Sequence record: NC_019714.1
Direction: 5' to 3' (one strand)
DNA length: 39,026 nucleotides
Source: Escherichia phage HK446
Positions 8,385 through 18,249 of this stretch are shown one piece after another. Under the pieces are notes generated by a model, which was not told the DNA's origin, ran no database searches, and saw nothing but the letters and a program-made list of their open reading frames with translations. A program made the translations under genes and the position numbers. The stretch's first letter is position 1. Each line of letters starts with the position of its first letter.

Positions 8385-11300
8385 ATGGCTACGTTGCGCG
8401 AACTGATCATCAAAATATCTGCAAACTCTCAGTCATTCCAGTCTGAAATTTCTCGTGCTTCAAGAATGGGGAATGACTATTACCGGGTAATGCAGACTGG
8501 AGGACGCCAATCGGCCGCAGCTTCGCGTGAAACTCAGCGTGCCTTGGCTGAGGTAACTAGTCAAATAAACACCGCGAAGGCCTCAGCACTGGGAATGGCT
8601 GGTGCATTTGCTGGAGCATTTGCGACTGGTCATCTTATATCGCTGGCCGATGAATGGAGCTCTGTTAATGCCAGGCTAAAGCAGGCTTCCCAGTCGTCAG
8701 ATGATTTCACGGAGTCCCAGCGGGCGCTGATGGATATTAGCCAGCGAACCGGAACCGCCTTCTCTGATAATGCGAGTCTTTTTGCGCGTTCAGCCGCTTC
8801 TATGCGTGAATATGGCTACAGTTCAGAAGAGGTTCTGAAGGTAACCGAGGCTATATCAACAGGGCTTAAGCTGTCAGGCGCAAGCGCGTCTGAAGCGAGT
8901 TCGGTAATCACGCAGTTCAGCCAGGCTCTGGCGCAGGGTGTTCTTCGAGGCGAGGAATTTAACTCCGTCAACGAAAACGGTGATCGAGTTATCCGTGCTC
9001 TTGCCGCAGGGATGGGTGTAGCTCGTAAAGATCTGAAGGCAATGGCCGATCAGGGGATGCTAACCGCAGATAAAGTTGTCCCGGCCCTGATAAGTCAACT
9101 TGGCACTATGCGTGGTGAATTTGAGGCAATGCCGCAGACCGTTTCTGCTGCCACGACGAAAGTCGAAAATGCTTTCATGGCATGGGTAGGTGGCGCTAAT
9201 GAAGCCACTGGTGCGACAAGTACTCTTGTTGCCGTATTGAATACGGTTTCTGACAATATAGACACTGTGGCTACGGCTGCCGGAGCTTTGGCTGCGATAG
9301 GTGGAGCTCGCTATCTTGGAGGGATGTTTGGCGATCTTGGGAACCAGACGGCGCAATTAATAGATGCCAGAAAGAACGAAATTGCGCTCGCAGCTGCAAG
9401 GGCTGAATCTGCTACCCAATCACAACGCAAGGCCGCCGCCGATGCTATTGCTGCTGAGCGAGCTTACCAGCTTGCTCAGTCAGAACTTGTGCTGGCAAAG
9501 AATACTAATGCTGAGGCTACTGCCACTCAAAATGCCATATCCAAGCGCCGGGCAATGATTACAGCAAATGCGGCACTGGTACAGTCAAACAGAGCCGTTG
9601 CAGCCTCTCAGCAGGCACTTAACTCTGCAACATCAGTGCTGGGGCTTGTAAAAACTGGCGCTACAGGCCTGCTGGGTCTTGTCGGCGGGTTGCCTGGGCT
9701 GTTGATGCTGGGGGCCGGTGCCTGGTACACGATGTATCAAAACCAGGAGCAGGCACGTCGCTCTGCCCAGGAATACGCCAGTCAAATCGACGAAATACGA
9801 GAAAAAACTTCCCGCATGTCTTTGTCTGAAACAGACGACAATAGGGGGAGAACTGTTGGTGCTCTGGTAGAGCAAAATCGTTTGGTTGATGAGCAAGCCA
9901 AAAAGGTTGGTGAGCTGAAGAACCAGATCGACGATTTGAATGCATCGCGTGGAAAACCGGGCATTACCAGCGAGAACGATGCAAATATACTGAGAGCGAT
10001 AGCTATCGTTACGGATCAACTTGCTGTTGAAGAGGGAAAATTAAATGACATGCGAGATAAATCTCGCGGCATACAGCAGGCTCTCGAAGAAATTGAGCGA
10101 CGTCGCAATGATTTAATACGCGAACAAGCCTGGCGACAGAATGCGGTATATCAGTCGATGATCATGATGAATGGTCAGCATACTGAATTTAACCGTCTGC
10201 TGGGGCTGGGAAATCAGCTATTAATGGCTCGGCAAGGGCTGGCTAACGTCCCGCTCAGACTTCCGCAGGCCGATCTCGACAAAAAGCAAACCGATGCCCT
10301 CGAAAAGAGCCGCCGGGATCTGGAGTTGTCACGCCTGAAGGGTGAAGCAAAAGAGCGCCTGCGTCTGAGTTATGCAGCCGATGACCTGGGGTTAACCAGT
10401 GATCCGCAATTCCAGACAGGCCGTCAGGAGTTGATTAATAACGGCCTTGCTGAATGGCGGAATAATGAGGCCAACAAACCTAAGGCGAAGGGCGGTAAAA
10501 CCGAAGGCGAGAAAACCGAGGATGTGTATAAGCGCCTTATCAAGCAGCAAAAAGAGCAGATTGCCCTGCAAGGCCAGAATACTGAACTGGCGAAGGTTAA
10601 ATACCAGGTCAGCCAGGGCGAACTTGCTTCTCTGACAGAAGCCCAGAAAAAGACGGTATTGCAGAATGCTGCGCTGATTGACCAGGTTAAATTACGTGAG
10701 CAACTGCGAAATTACGAAGCCAACCTTGCCGACAGTAACGCCAGCGCCCGCGCAGCCAATGAAGCTCAACTGCTGGGCTACGGGCAGGGAACCAGGTTTC
10801 GTGAAAGACTTCAGGAGCAGTTCAATCTGCGTAAGGATTTTGAGCAGAAGAATACCGATCTTCTCCGCCAGCGTCAGGCTGGTGAAATCGACGAGACGTT
10901 CTATCAGCAGGGGCTGGCACTTAATAAGCGCTACCTCGAAGAGCGCCTGCGCGACCAGGATGGATATTACGCAGCTTCTGATGCGCAGCGTGACGACTGG
11001 ATGACGGGACTGTCTGAGGGTTATGCGAACTGGGTGGACGAAGCTACTGATTATTCTTCCATGGCCGCTGACGGCATGAAGCAGGCCATGGGTGGCGCGG
11101 TCACCACGATCACCGACATGCTCAATGGCAACGTTGACAGCTGGAAGGACTGGGGCGTGAGCGTACTGAAGATCATCCAGAACGTTCTGGTGAACATGGC
11201 TGTTGCTAACGGCGTCAGTTCAATTGGTTCTCTCTTCAGCTTTGGCGCATCTTCCGCCGCTGCCGCCAGTAGCGGTACTGCAATTCAGAACGCTGGCGCG

Positions 11301-11699
11301 AACTTCACCTTTAACGCGAAGGGTAATGTTTACGACTCTCCGTCCCTGAGCGCATACAGCAATGGCGTGTTTCAGACCCCTCAGCTTTTTGCTTTTGCCA
11401 AAGGAGCGGGTGTGTTTGCAGAGGCTGGACCTGAAGCCATTATGCCGCTTACCCGTGCTGCTGATGGTTCGCTTGGCGTTCGGGCTGTTGGCACTGGTGG
11501 TGGTCAGGCTGTATCTTCGGCTCCACAGGTTTACATCACCATCGATGGCAACGGAAATACTTCCACGCAGACTTCACCCGGCCTTGAGCAATTTGGTGCT
11601 GATGTCGGTAAATATATTGATCAGCGATATAAGCAGAACATCATGCGAGATATTCGCCCTGGCGGTGACATCTGGAACGCAATGAAAGGAACCCGATAA
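8385..11699 (+). CDS. Tail tape measure protein
   Basis: About 1100-aa Ala/Gln-rich coiled-coil protein in the gpH position; start placed at second ATG (MATLREL) because the first ATG (8373) lies inside the terminator T-tract. Confidence 0.85.
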   Translation: MATLRELIIKISANSQSFQSEISRASRMGNDYYRVMQTGGRQSAAASRETQRALAEVTSQINTAKASALGMAGAFAGAFATGHLISLADEWSSVNARLKQASQSSDDFTESQRALMDISQRTGTAFSDNASLFARSAASMREYGYSSEEVLKVTEAISTGLKLSGASASEASSVITQFSQALAQGVLRGEEFNSVNENGDRVIRALAAGMGVARKDLKAMADQGMLTADKVVPALISQLGTMRGEFEAMPQTVSAATTKVENAFMAWVGGANEATGATSTLVAVLNTVSDNIDTVATAAGALAAIGGARYLGGMFGDLGNQTAQLIDARKNEIALAAARAESATQSQRKAAADAIAAERAYQLAQSELVLAKNTNAEATATQNAISKRRAMITANAALVQSNRAVAASQQALNSATSVLGLVKTGATGLLGLVGGLPGLLMLGAGAWYTMYQNQEQARRSAQEYASQIDEIREKTSRMSLSETDDNRGRTVGALVEQNRLVDEQAKKVGELKNQIDDLNASRGKPGITSENDANILRAIAIVTDQLAVEEGKLNDMRDKSRGIQQALEEIERRRNDLIREQAWRQNAVYQSMIMMNGQHTEFNRLLGLGNQLLMARQGLANVPLRLPQADLDKKQTDALEKSRRDLELSRLKGEAKERLRLSYAADDLGLTSDPQFQTGRQELINNGLAEWRNNEANKPKAKGGKTEGEKTEDVYKRLIKQQKEQIALQGQNTELAKVKYQVSQGELASLTEAQKKTVLQNAALIDQVKLREQLRNYEANLADSNASARAANEAQLLGYGQGTRFRERLQEQFNLRKDFEQKNTDLLRQRQAGEIDETFYQQGLALNKRYLEERLRDQDGYYAASDAQRDDWMTGLSEGYANWVDEATDYSSMAADGMKQAMGGAVTTITDMLNGNVDSWKDWGVSVLKIIQNVLVNMAVANGVSSIGSLFSFGASSAAAASSGTAIQNAGANFTFNAKGNVYDSPSLSAYSNGVFQTPQLFAFAKGAGVFAEAGPEAIMPLTRAADGSLGVRAVGTGGGQAVSSAPQVYITIDGNGNTSTQTSPGLEQFGADVGKYIDQRYKQNIMRDIRPGGDIWNAMKGTR

Positions 11700-11701
11700 A
11701 A

Positions 11702-12040
11702 ATGGCTATCGAAACTTTCACCTGGTGCCCACGACTTAACGCTGAGGCAGATATAAATTTCCGCGTCAGGAAAGCACAGTTTGGCGATGGATATGAGCAG
11801 GTTTCAGGGGATGGATTGAACACCAGAACCCAGCAATGGACGCTCAACTTCACTGGCAACGAAACCTACATTTCTGCCATTAAATCTTTTCTCGACAGGC
11901 ATGAAGGAACGAAAGCCTTTCAATGGAAGCCACCGCTCGAACCTTTGGGTTTGTATCGTTGCGAAACTTATAAACCCACCGGGCTTGGCGCGGGGAAATT
12001 CAACCTTGAAGCAACATTCATCCAGGCATTTAAACCATGA
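11702..12040 (+). CDS. Minor tail protein M
   Basis: 112-aa ORF directly after tape measure; lambda M-like size and position. Confidence 0.75.
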   Translation: MAIETFTWCPRLNAEADINFRVRKAQFGDGYEQVSGDGLNTRTQQWTLNFTGNETYISAIKSFLDRHEGTKAFQWKPPLEPLGLYRCETYKPTGLGAGKFNLEATFIQAFKP

Positions 12041-12795
12041 GCTTAAACGCAGATTATCAGAAGCTGGAATCCGGAAACGATGTTCGTCTGATTGAGGTGG
12101 ACGGTTCTTCCTTTGGGCTAACGGAAGTTCTCCGCTTTCACAATTACAGCATTCCCCACACAGAAGCGGAAATCATCGCCGCTGGTGGGGATGAGTCCAA
12201 GCTTCCGGCGAAACCAATCTGGTGGCAGGGAAATGAATACGCCGCCTGGCCGTATCAGCTGGAAGGCCTGGAAAAATCAACCAGTGGGAGCAATGCAACG
12301 CCATCACTGACGGTTGCGAACATCGAAAGCTCTATTTCTGCCATGTGTCTTGCGTATGACGATCTGCTGCAGGCGAAAGTCACTATTCACGACACAAAAG
12401 AGAAATATCTCGATGCCAGGAATTTCGCAGACGGCAACCCCACAGCAGACCCGACTCAGGAAAAGCTGCAGGTCTGGTATATCGACGGGAAAACTGGCGA
12501 GCTTGCCGGTGAAACCGTTGAATTTGTTCTGTCCAGCCCGATGGACCTGCATGGGCAAATGATCCCGACGCGACAGCTTCATTCCCTGTGTACCTGGTGC
12601 ATCCGGAATAAATATCGTACCGGCGACGGCTGTGACTATGCCGGCACCCGCTATTTCGACAAAAACAACAACCCGGTAAGCGATCCGTCGCTGGATGAAT
12701 GCAACGGCACGCTGACGGCCTGCAAACTCCGATTCGGCGAAAATAACGAACTCTCGTTTGGTGGCTTCCCGGGCACGTCTTTGATCAGGAGTTGA
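12037..12795 (+). CDS. Minor tail protein L
   Basis: 252-aa ORF with C-terminal Cys cluster (CTWC...C...C) as in lambda gpL. Confidence 0.8.
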   Translation: MSLNADYQKLESGNDVRLIEVDGSSFGLTEVLRFHNYSIPHTEAEIIAAGGDESKLPAKPIWWQGNEYAAWPYQLEGLEKSTSGSNATPSLTVANIESSISAMCLAYDDLLQAKVTIHDTKEKYLDARNFADGNPTADPTQEKLQVWYIDGKTGELAGETVEFVLSSPMDLHGQMIPTRQLHSLCTWCIRNKYRTGDGCDYAGTRYFDKNNNPVSDPSLDECNGTLTACKLRFGENNELSFGGFPGTSLIRS

Positions 12796-12796
12796 T

Positions 12797-13507
12797 ATGC
12801 GTCAGAAAACCATCGATGCGATTATGGCGCATGCCGCCGCTGAATATCCTCGTGAGTGCTGCGGTGTGGTGGCGCAAAAAAGCCGTGTTGAACGTTATTT
12901 TCCTTGCCGGAATCTTGCCGCTGCGCCGAAGGAAAATTTTGTCCTCTGCCCGGAAGATTACGCAGCTGCTGAGGACTGGGGTACGGTGATCGCCATCGTT
13001 CACAGTCACCCTGACGCCACTACGCAGCCGAGCGAACTGGATAAAGCGCAATGCGACGCAACGCTTTTACCCTGGCATATTGTGAGCTGGCCGGAGGGGG
13101 ATTTACGCACCATCCAGCCGCGCGGAGAACTGCCACTGCTGGAGCGTCCGTTTGTGCTTGGACACTTCGACTGCTGGGGGCTGGTAATGAGCTATTTCCG
13201 GCAAACGCATGGTATCGAGCTCCACGATTACCGGGTGGATTATCCCTGGTGGGAAAACGCCTATCCGGACAATTTTTATCAGGATTGCTGGTATGAATGC
13301 GGATTCCGTGAATTCGACGGACCACCGAAACCCGGTGATATGGTGATCATGCAGGTCCAGGCCGATAAGTGGAATCACGCGGGAATTCTGCTGGAGGGAA
13401 ATATGCTGCTGCACCACCTGTACGGACATCTGAGCCAGCGCGTGCCGTATGGTGGCTACTGGCAGGAAAGGACGATGAAGATTCTTAGACATCAGAATTT
13501 TATTTAA
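12797..13507 (+). CDS. Tail assembly protein K (JAB/MPN plus NlpC/P60 domains)
   Basis: HSHP JAMM-like motif (AIVHSHPDATT) and a Cys...His pair (FDCWGLV ... NHAGILL) characteristic of gpK. Confidence 0.8.
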   Translation: MRQKTIDAIMAHAAAEYPRECCGVVAQKSRVERYFPCRNLAAAPKENFVLCPEDYAAAEDWGTVIAIVHSHPDATTQPSELDKAQCDATLLPWHIVSWPEGDLRTIQPRGELPLLERPFVLGHFDCWGLVMSYFRQTHGIELHDYRVDYPWWENAYPDNFYQDCWYECGFREFDGPPKPGDMVIMQVQADKWNHAGILLEGNMLLHHLYGHLSQRVPYGGYWQERTMKILRHQNFI

Positions 13508-13554
13508 CAAACTGTCACTGATACTATCGTGTAGTACACGGCAAGGAGAACGAT

Positions 13555-13779
13555 ATGTATACAGTTGGGTTTGGTTGGATCTTCGTCGGTATTTTTATTG
13601 GGTTAATTCTCTGGTTTTTCATCAACCGCGCCAGCGTCAGAGCGAACAGGCAGGTTGAATTACTTGAGTCTATCGACCAGAAATTATCAAAAATAGTAGA
13701 TCCAAACTTCGAGGCAAATAACAAAGACCAGTCGAAAGAAAACTACCTTGAAGAAGCAAGGAAAAAAGCTGGGCTTTGA
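13555..13779 (+). CDS. Small single-pass membrane protein, YebO-like (second paralog)
   Basis: 74-aa ORF with AAGGAGA SD; hydrophobic N-terminus then INRASVRANRQVELLESI, clearly paralogous to the 8154-8342 product. Confidence 0.65.
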   Translation: MYTVGFGWIFVGIFIGLILWFFINRASVRANRQVELLESIDQKLSKIVDPNFEANNKDQSKENYLEEARKKAGL

Positions 13780-13794
13780 GAGCGTAAATTAATA

Positions 13795-13817
13795 AACCAC
13801 CTACGGGTGGTTTTTTT
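13795..13817 (+). terminator. Intrinsic terminator after second YebO-like gene
   Basis: AACCACC-tacg-GGTGGTT stem followed by T7. Confidence 0.7.
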
Positions 13818-13828
13818 ATGGGGGCAGC

Positions 13829-14437
13829 ATGCAAGAGGTAATGACAAGAATTGAGCTAAGTGGCGTGCTAGCTAAGACATATGGAAGGGTTCATCACCGT
13901 CTGGTTCGCACTACTGCTGAAGCCATTAATGCACTCGCGAAAACCATCAATGGATTCGAGAAATTCTTAAACACAAGCAAAGCCCGAGGGCTGACGTATG
14001 CCGTTTATAGAGATAAAAAGAATATTGGCGTTGATGATCTCGGCTTTCCCGTCACCGGCGAAGTGATCCGGATTGTCCCTGTAGTAATAGGGAGTAAAAA
14101 GGCTGGTCTTTTGCAGACGATCTTGGGGGCCGTGCTTATTACTGCTGCTGTGTTGACTGGCCCCGGCGGTATTGGCGCTGCTTTCGCTGCTGGTGGATTG
14201 ACGGGGTTTGCTGCTGCCACTGGTGCCTCGTTGGTCCTCGGTGGGGTTATTCAGCTGCTTTCACCGCAGCCATCAGGCATAGCCAGTAAACAAAGCGCAG
14301 ATAACCGTGCATCGTATGCGTTTGGCGGGGTAACCAACACTGCAGCGCAAGGCTACCCGGTGCCTCTGCTTTATGGTAAGCGTCGAATCGGCGGAGCGAT
14401 TATTTCTGCCGGAATTTATGTCGAAGATCAGCAGTAG
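13829..14437 (+). CDS. Tail assembly protein I
   Basis: 202-aa ORF between K and J with Gly/Ala-rich hydrophobic C-terminal half, as in lambda gpI. Confidence 0.75.
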   Translation: MQEVMTRIELSGVLAKTYGRVHHRLVRTTAEAINALAKTINGFEKFLNTSKARGLTYAVYRDKKNIGVDDLGFPVTGEVIRIVPVVIGSKKAGLLQTILGAVLITAAVLTGPGGIGAAFAAGGLTGFAAATGASLVLGGVIQLLSPQPSGIASKQSADNRASYAFGGVTNTAAQGYPVPLLYGKRRIGGAIISAGIYVEDQQ

Positions 14438-14455
14438 ATAACTAACCTTTTTTCT

Positions 14456-14478
14456 GGCCACCTTCGGGTGGCTTTTTT
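14456..14478 (+). terminator. Terminator-like hairpin between I and J
   Basis: GCCACC-ttcg-GGTGGC stem followed by T6. Confidence 0.5.
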
Positions 14479-14489
14479 ATGGGCGCAAT

Positions 14490-17400
14490 ATGGCTACAGA
14501 TAAAGTGTTAAAAGGCCGCAAGGGCGGCAGCTCAAGTTCCCGAACCCCTACCGAACAGCCTGATGATCTGCAATCTGTAGCGAAGGCAAAGATCCTCGTT
14601 GCGCTTGGGGAAGGGGAGTTTGCTGGACAGCTCACCGGGAAGGATATCTACCTGGACGGAACAGCGCTGGAGAATGCTGACGGCTCCCAAAACTTCAGCG
14701 GGGTAACGTGGGAGTTTCGCGCGGGAACGCAGGCGCAAAAATATATTCAGGGTATTCCCGGTACCGAAAACGAGATCAGCGTAGGAACTGAGGTATCAAG
14801 TGCCACAGCCTGGACGCGCACGTTTACCAATACGCAGCTTTCAGCAGTTCGCCTGCGTCTTAAATGGCCCTCGCTTTTCAAACAGGAAGACGACGGCGAT
14901 CTGGTGGGTTACTCGGTCAATTATGCGATTGACCTGCAGACGGACGGCGGCACATGGCAGACGGTACTCAATACCAGCGTGACCGGCAAAACGACGTCTG
15001 GTTATGAGCGCAGCCACCGTATCGATTTACCGCAGGCTGGCAGCACATGGACAATACGTCTGCGTAAGATTACCTCTGACGCCAACAGCGCGAAGATCGG
15101 CGACACGATGATGCTGCAGAGCTTCACCGAGGTGATTGATGCCAAACTGCGCTACCCGAACACCGCGCTGCTCTACGTCGAATTCGACTCAAGCCAGTTC
15201 AACGGCTCTATTCCTCAAATTTCATGCGAACCGCGCGGCCGCGTTATCCGCGTTCCAGATACCTACGACCCTGAAACCCGCACTTATAGCGGTACATGGA
15301 CCGGTGCGTTTAAGTGGGCATGGACGGATAACCCTGCGTGGATTTTTTACGACCTGGTTGTTTCTGACCGGTTTGGCCTCGGGCACCGTTTGACCGCTGC
15401 GAATATTGATAAATGGACTCTTTATCAGGTTGCTCAGTATTGTGATCAGATGGTACCAGACGGCAAAGGGGGCAACGGTACAGAACCACGCTATACCTGC
15501 AACGTGTACATTCAGGACCGGAACGACGCCTACACAGTCCTGCGTGATTTTGCCGCTATCTTCCGTGGCATGACCTACTGGGGCGGGGATCAGATTGTGG
15601 CCCTGGCTGACATGCCGCGCGATGTTGATTACAGCTATACGCGCGCTAACGTTGTTGGCGGTCGCTTCACCTATTCGAGCAGCACCACGAAAAGCCGCTA
15701 CACCACAGCGCTGGTTTCATGGTCAGATCCGGGTAACGCTTATGCCGACGCAATGGAGCCGGTATTTGAGCAGGCGCTGGTGGCGCGATACGGCTTCAAT
15801 CAGCTGGAAATGACAGCCATCGGCTGCACCAGGCAGTCAGAGGCGAACCGAAAGGGGCGCTGGGGTATTCTCACCAACAACAAGGATCGCGTTGTTTCGT
15901 TTGATGTCGGGCTGGACGGAAACATTCCGCAGCCGGGCTACATCATCGCCGTGGCAGACGAGCTGCTTTCCGGAAAGGTTATGGGCGGCCGCATCAGCGC
16001 CGTTAACGGTCGCGTTATCAAACTTGACCGCGTAGCTGATGCAGCACCAGGTGATCGCCTTATTCTCAACCTGCCTTCCGGAGCGTCGCAGAGCAGGACC
16101 ATTCAGGCCGTGAACGGGGAATCAGTCACAGTCACCACGGCATACAGTGAGACGCCACAGGCCGAAGCTGTTTGGGTTGTTGAATCTGACGAGCTTTACG
16201 CGCAGCAGTATCGTGTTGTCAGCGTCTCCGACAACGGTGATGGCACTTTCTCAATCACCGGCGCATGGCACGACCCGGATAAATATGCCCGCATCGATAC
16301 CGGAGCCATCATTGACCAGCGGCCGGTGAGCGTGATCCCGCCTGGTAACCAGTCGCCGCCTGCGAACATCGTGATCAGCTCGTTTTCCGTGGTGCAGCAA
16401 AATATCAGCGTCGAAACGATGCGCGTGAGCTGGGACCAGGCGCAGAACGCTATCGCCTATGAAGCGCAATGGCGCCGCAACGACGGGAACTGGGTTAACG
16501 TGCCGCGCACCTCCACCACGTCATTCGACGTCCCGGGGATTTATGCCGGGCGCTACCTGGTGCGGGTGCGCGCAATCAATGCCGCAGAAATTTCATCCGG
16601 ATGGGGCTATTCAGAAGAGAAAACGCTGACGGGTAAAGTGGGCAATCCACCGAAGCCGGTTGGCTTCATCGCTTCTGAAAATGTGGTTTTCGGCATCGAG
16701 CTGAACTGGGGATTCCCGGCGAATACCGACGACACGCTGAAGACGGAAATTCAGTACAGCCTGACCGGAACCGAGGACGATGCGATGCTGCTGGCCGATG
16801 TGCCTTATCCGCAGCGCAAATATCAGCAGATGGGCCTCAAGGCTGGGCAGATTTTCTGGTACCGCGCTCAGCTGGTGGACCGCAGCGGCAACGAATCAGG
16901 GTACACAGAATGGGTGCGAGGACAGGCCAGCATCGATGTTTCCGACATCACAGATGTGATCCTGGAGGACATGAAAGGCTCCGATACGTTCAAAGACCTG
17001 ATCGAGAACGCTGTGGACAGCAATGAAAAAATTGCTGGCATGGCTGACGAAATCAAAAACCATGCCGACGAACTCGAGCAGCAGGCGAAAGACATCCAGG
17101 AAAACGCTGACGGGCTGGCCCAGGCCGAAGTGAAGATCGACGAGATTTCTGTGTCGATGGATGGCATGACGGGAGGCGTGAAGAACTCGGCAATCGCGAT
17201 TATCCAGAATGGGCTGGCGCAGGTTGTCAGTCGTCGTTCCCAGACCGCGACAAACGCAGGGAACAGCGCCAGCATTGACCGTATCGACACGACCATAGCC
17301 GACACCAGCTCGGCGGTTGCTCGCGCGCTGGTGACGCTGGATGCTTCAGCTGGTGGGAATATCTCCAACTCTACCGATCTCACTGAAACTCTGGCCGATT

Positions 17401-17945
17401 TCACGCAGGCATCGGCGACAAAAATTAACACCCTGACTGTTAAATCTGGCGAAAACAGTGCCGCGATAAATGTCAACGCACAGGCTATCGCAGATGTAAA
17501 CGGTAACCTAAGTGCGATGTACAACATCAAGGTTGGTGTCTCCAGCAATGGACAGTATTACGCCGCGGGGATGGGTATCGGCGTGGAGAATACGCCATCC
17601 GGCATGCAGTCGCAGGTTATCTTCCTGGCTGATCGCTTCGCCGTCACCACGGCGGCCGGAAATAGCGTGGCTTTGCCGTTCGTGATCCAGAACGGGCAGA
17701 CATTCATCCGGGCCAGTTTCATCCAGGACGGCACTATCAGCAACGCAAAGATTGGTAATTTTATCCAGTCGAACAATTATGTTGCTGGTTCTGCTGGCTG
17801 GAAGCTTGATAAAGGGGGGACGTTTGAGAACTACGGTTCGACTGCTGGTGAGGGAGCCATGAAACTGACAAATCAGACGATCAGCGTCAAAGATGGCAGT
17901 AATGTTCTTAGGGTGCAGGTTGGCCGATTAACGGGAGTATTCTGA
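14490..17945 (+). CDS. Host specificity protein J (central tail fiber)
   Basis: 1151-aa ORF with segments recognisably similar to lambda J (e.g. TCNVYIQDRNDAYTVLRDF vs lambda ITCNAYLTTQRKAWDVLSDF). Confidence 0.9.
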   Translation: MATDKVLKGRKGGSSSSRTPTEQPDDLQSVAKAKILVALGEGEFAGQLTGKDIYLDGTALENADGSQNFSGVTWEFRAGTQAQKYIQGIPGTENEISVGTEVSSATAWTRTFTNTQLSAVRLRLKWPSLFKQEDDGDLVGYSVNYAIDLQTDGGTWQTVLNTSVTGKTTSGYERSHRIDLPQAGSTWTIRLRKITSDANSAKIGDTMMLQSFTEVIDAKLRYPNTALLYVEFDSSQFNGSIPQISCEPRGRVIRVPDTYDPETRTYSGTWTGAFKWAWTDNPAWIFYDLVVSDRFGLGHRLTAANIDKWTLYQVAQYCDQMVPDGKGGNGTEPRYTCNVYIQDRNDAYTVLRDFAAIFRGMTYWGGDQIVALADMPRDVDYSYTRANVVGGRFTYSSSTTKSRYTTALVSWSDPGNAYADAMEPVFEQALVARYGFNQLEMTAIGCTRQSEANRKGRWGILTNNKDRVVSFDVGLDGNIPQPGYIIAVADELLSGKVMGGRISAVNGRVIKLDRVADAAPGDRLILNLPSGASQSRTIQAVNGESVTVTTAYSETPQAEAVWVVESDELYAQQYRVVSVSDNGDGTFSITGAWHDPDKYARIDTGAIIDQRPVSVIPPGNQSPPANIVISSFSVVQQNISVETMRVSWDQAQNAIAYEAQWRRNDGNWVNVPRTSTTSFDVPGIYAGRYLVRVRAINAAEISSGWGYSEEKTLTGKVGNPPKPVGFIASENVVFGIELNWGFPANTDDTLKTEIQYSLTGTEDDAMLLADVPYPQRKYQQMGLKAGQIFWYRAQLVDRSGNESGYTEWVRGQASIDVSDITDVILEDMKGSDTFKDLIENAVDSNEKIAGMADEIKNHADELEQQAKDIQENADGLAQAEVKIDEISVSMDGMTGGVKNSAIAIIQNGLAQVVSRRSQTATNAGNSASIDRIDTTIADTSSAVARALVTLDASAGGNISNSTDLTETLADFTQASATKINTLTVKSGENSAAINVNAQAIADVNGNLSAMYNIKVGVSSNGQYYAAGMGIGVENTPSGMQSQVIFLADRFAVTTAAGNSVALPFVIQNGQTFIRASFIQDGTISNAKIGNFIQSNNYVAGSAGWKLDKGGTFENYGSTAGEGAMKLTNQTISVKDGSNVLRVQVGRLTGVF

Positions 17946-17946
17946 A

Positions 17947-18249
17947 ATGGCTTATGGAATACAGACCTGGGATGCTTCAGGAAAACCCAACAACTATGGC
18001 ATCAAACCCGTTTCCGTCGTTGGGCGAATACAGCTGGCTGCCGGGCAAACCTCCGGCAGCTGGTCTTTTACGGTGCCCTCAGGAATGAAAGTTGGTTTTG
18101 TTCTTTCACTTGATGAAGGAGGTAACAGCGTAGGGCGGCGCATTGTCGCGTCAGGGAGCACAATAACCGTAAGCGCTGCATCTTCTGTAGGTCTGGGTAA
18201 TTATCCGGCCTCAAAGTGTGAAGTGGTCGTTTTCATGGAGAAAGCATAA
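17947..18249 (+). CDS. Hypothetical protein downstream of J
   Basis: 100-aa ORF; motif YGIQTWDASGK recurs in the next ORF. Confidence 0.45.
   Translation: MAYGIQTWDASGKPNNYGIKPVSVVGRIQLAAGQTSGSWSFTVPSGMKVGFVLSLDEGGNSVGRRIVASGSTITVSAASSVGLGNYPASKCEVVVFMEKA

Noticed and set aside
9633-10019. Minus-strand ORFs inside the tape measure gene
   Set aside because: Embedded antisense within a long, clearly coding gene; no independent support
16868-17548. 226-aa minus-strand ORF inside J
   Set aside because: Antisense to the J coding region with a low-complexity Ala/Ser-rich translation, typical of spurious frames opposite GC-rich coding sequence
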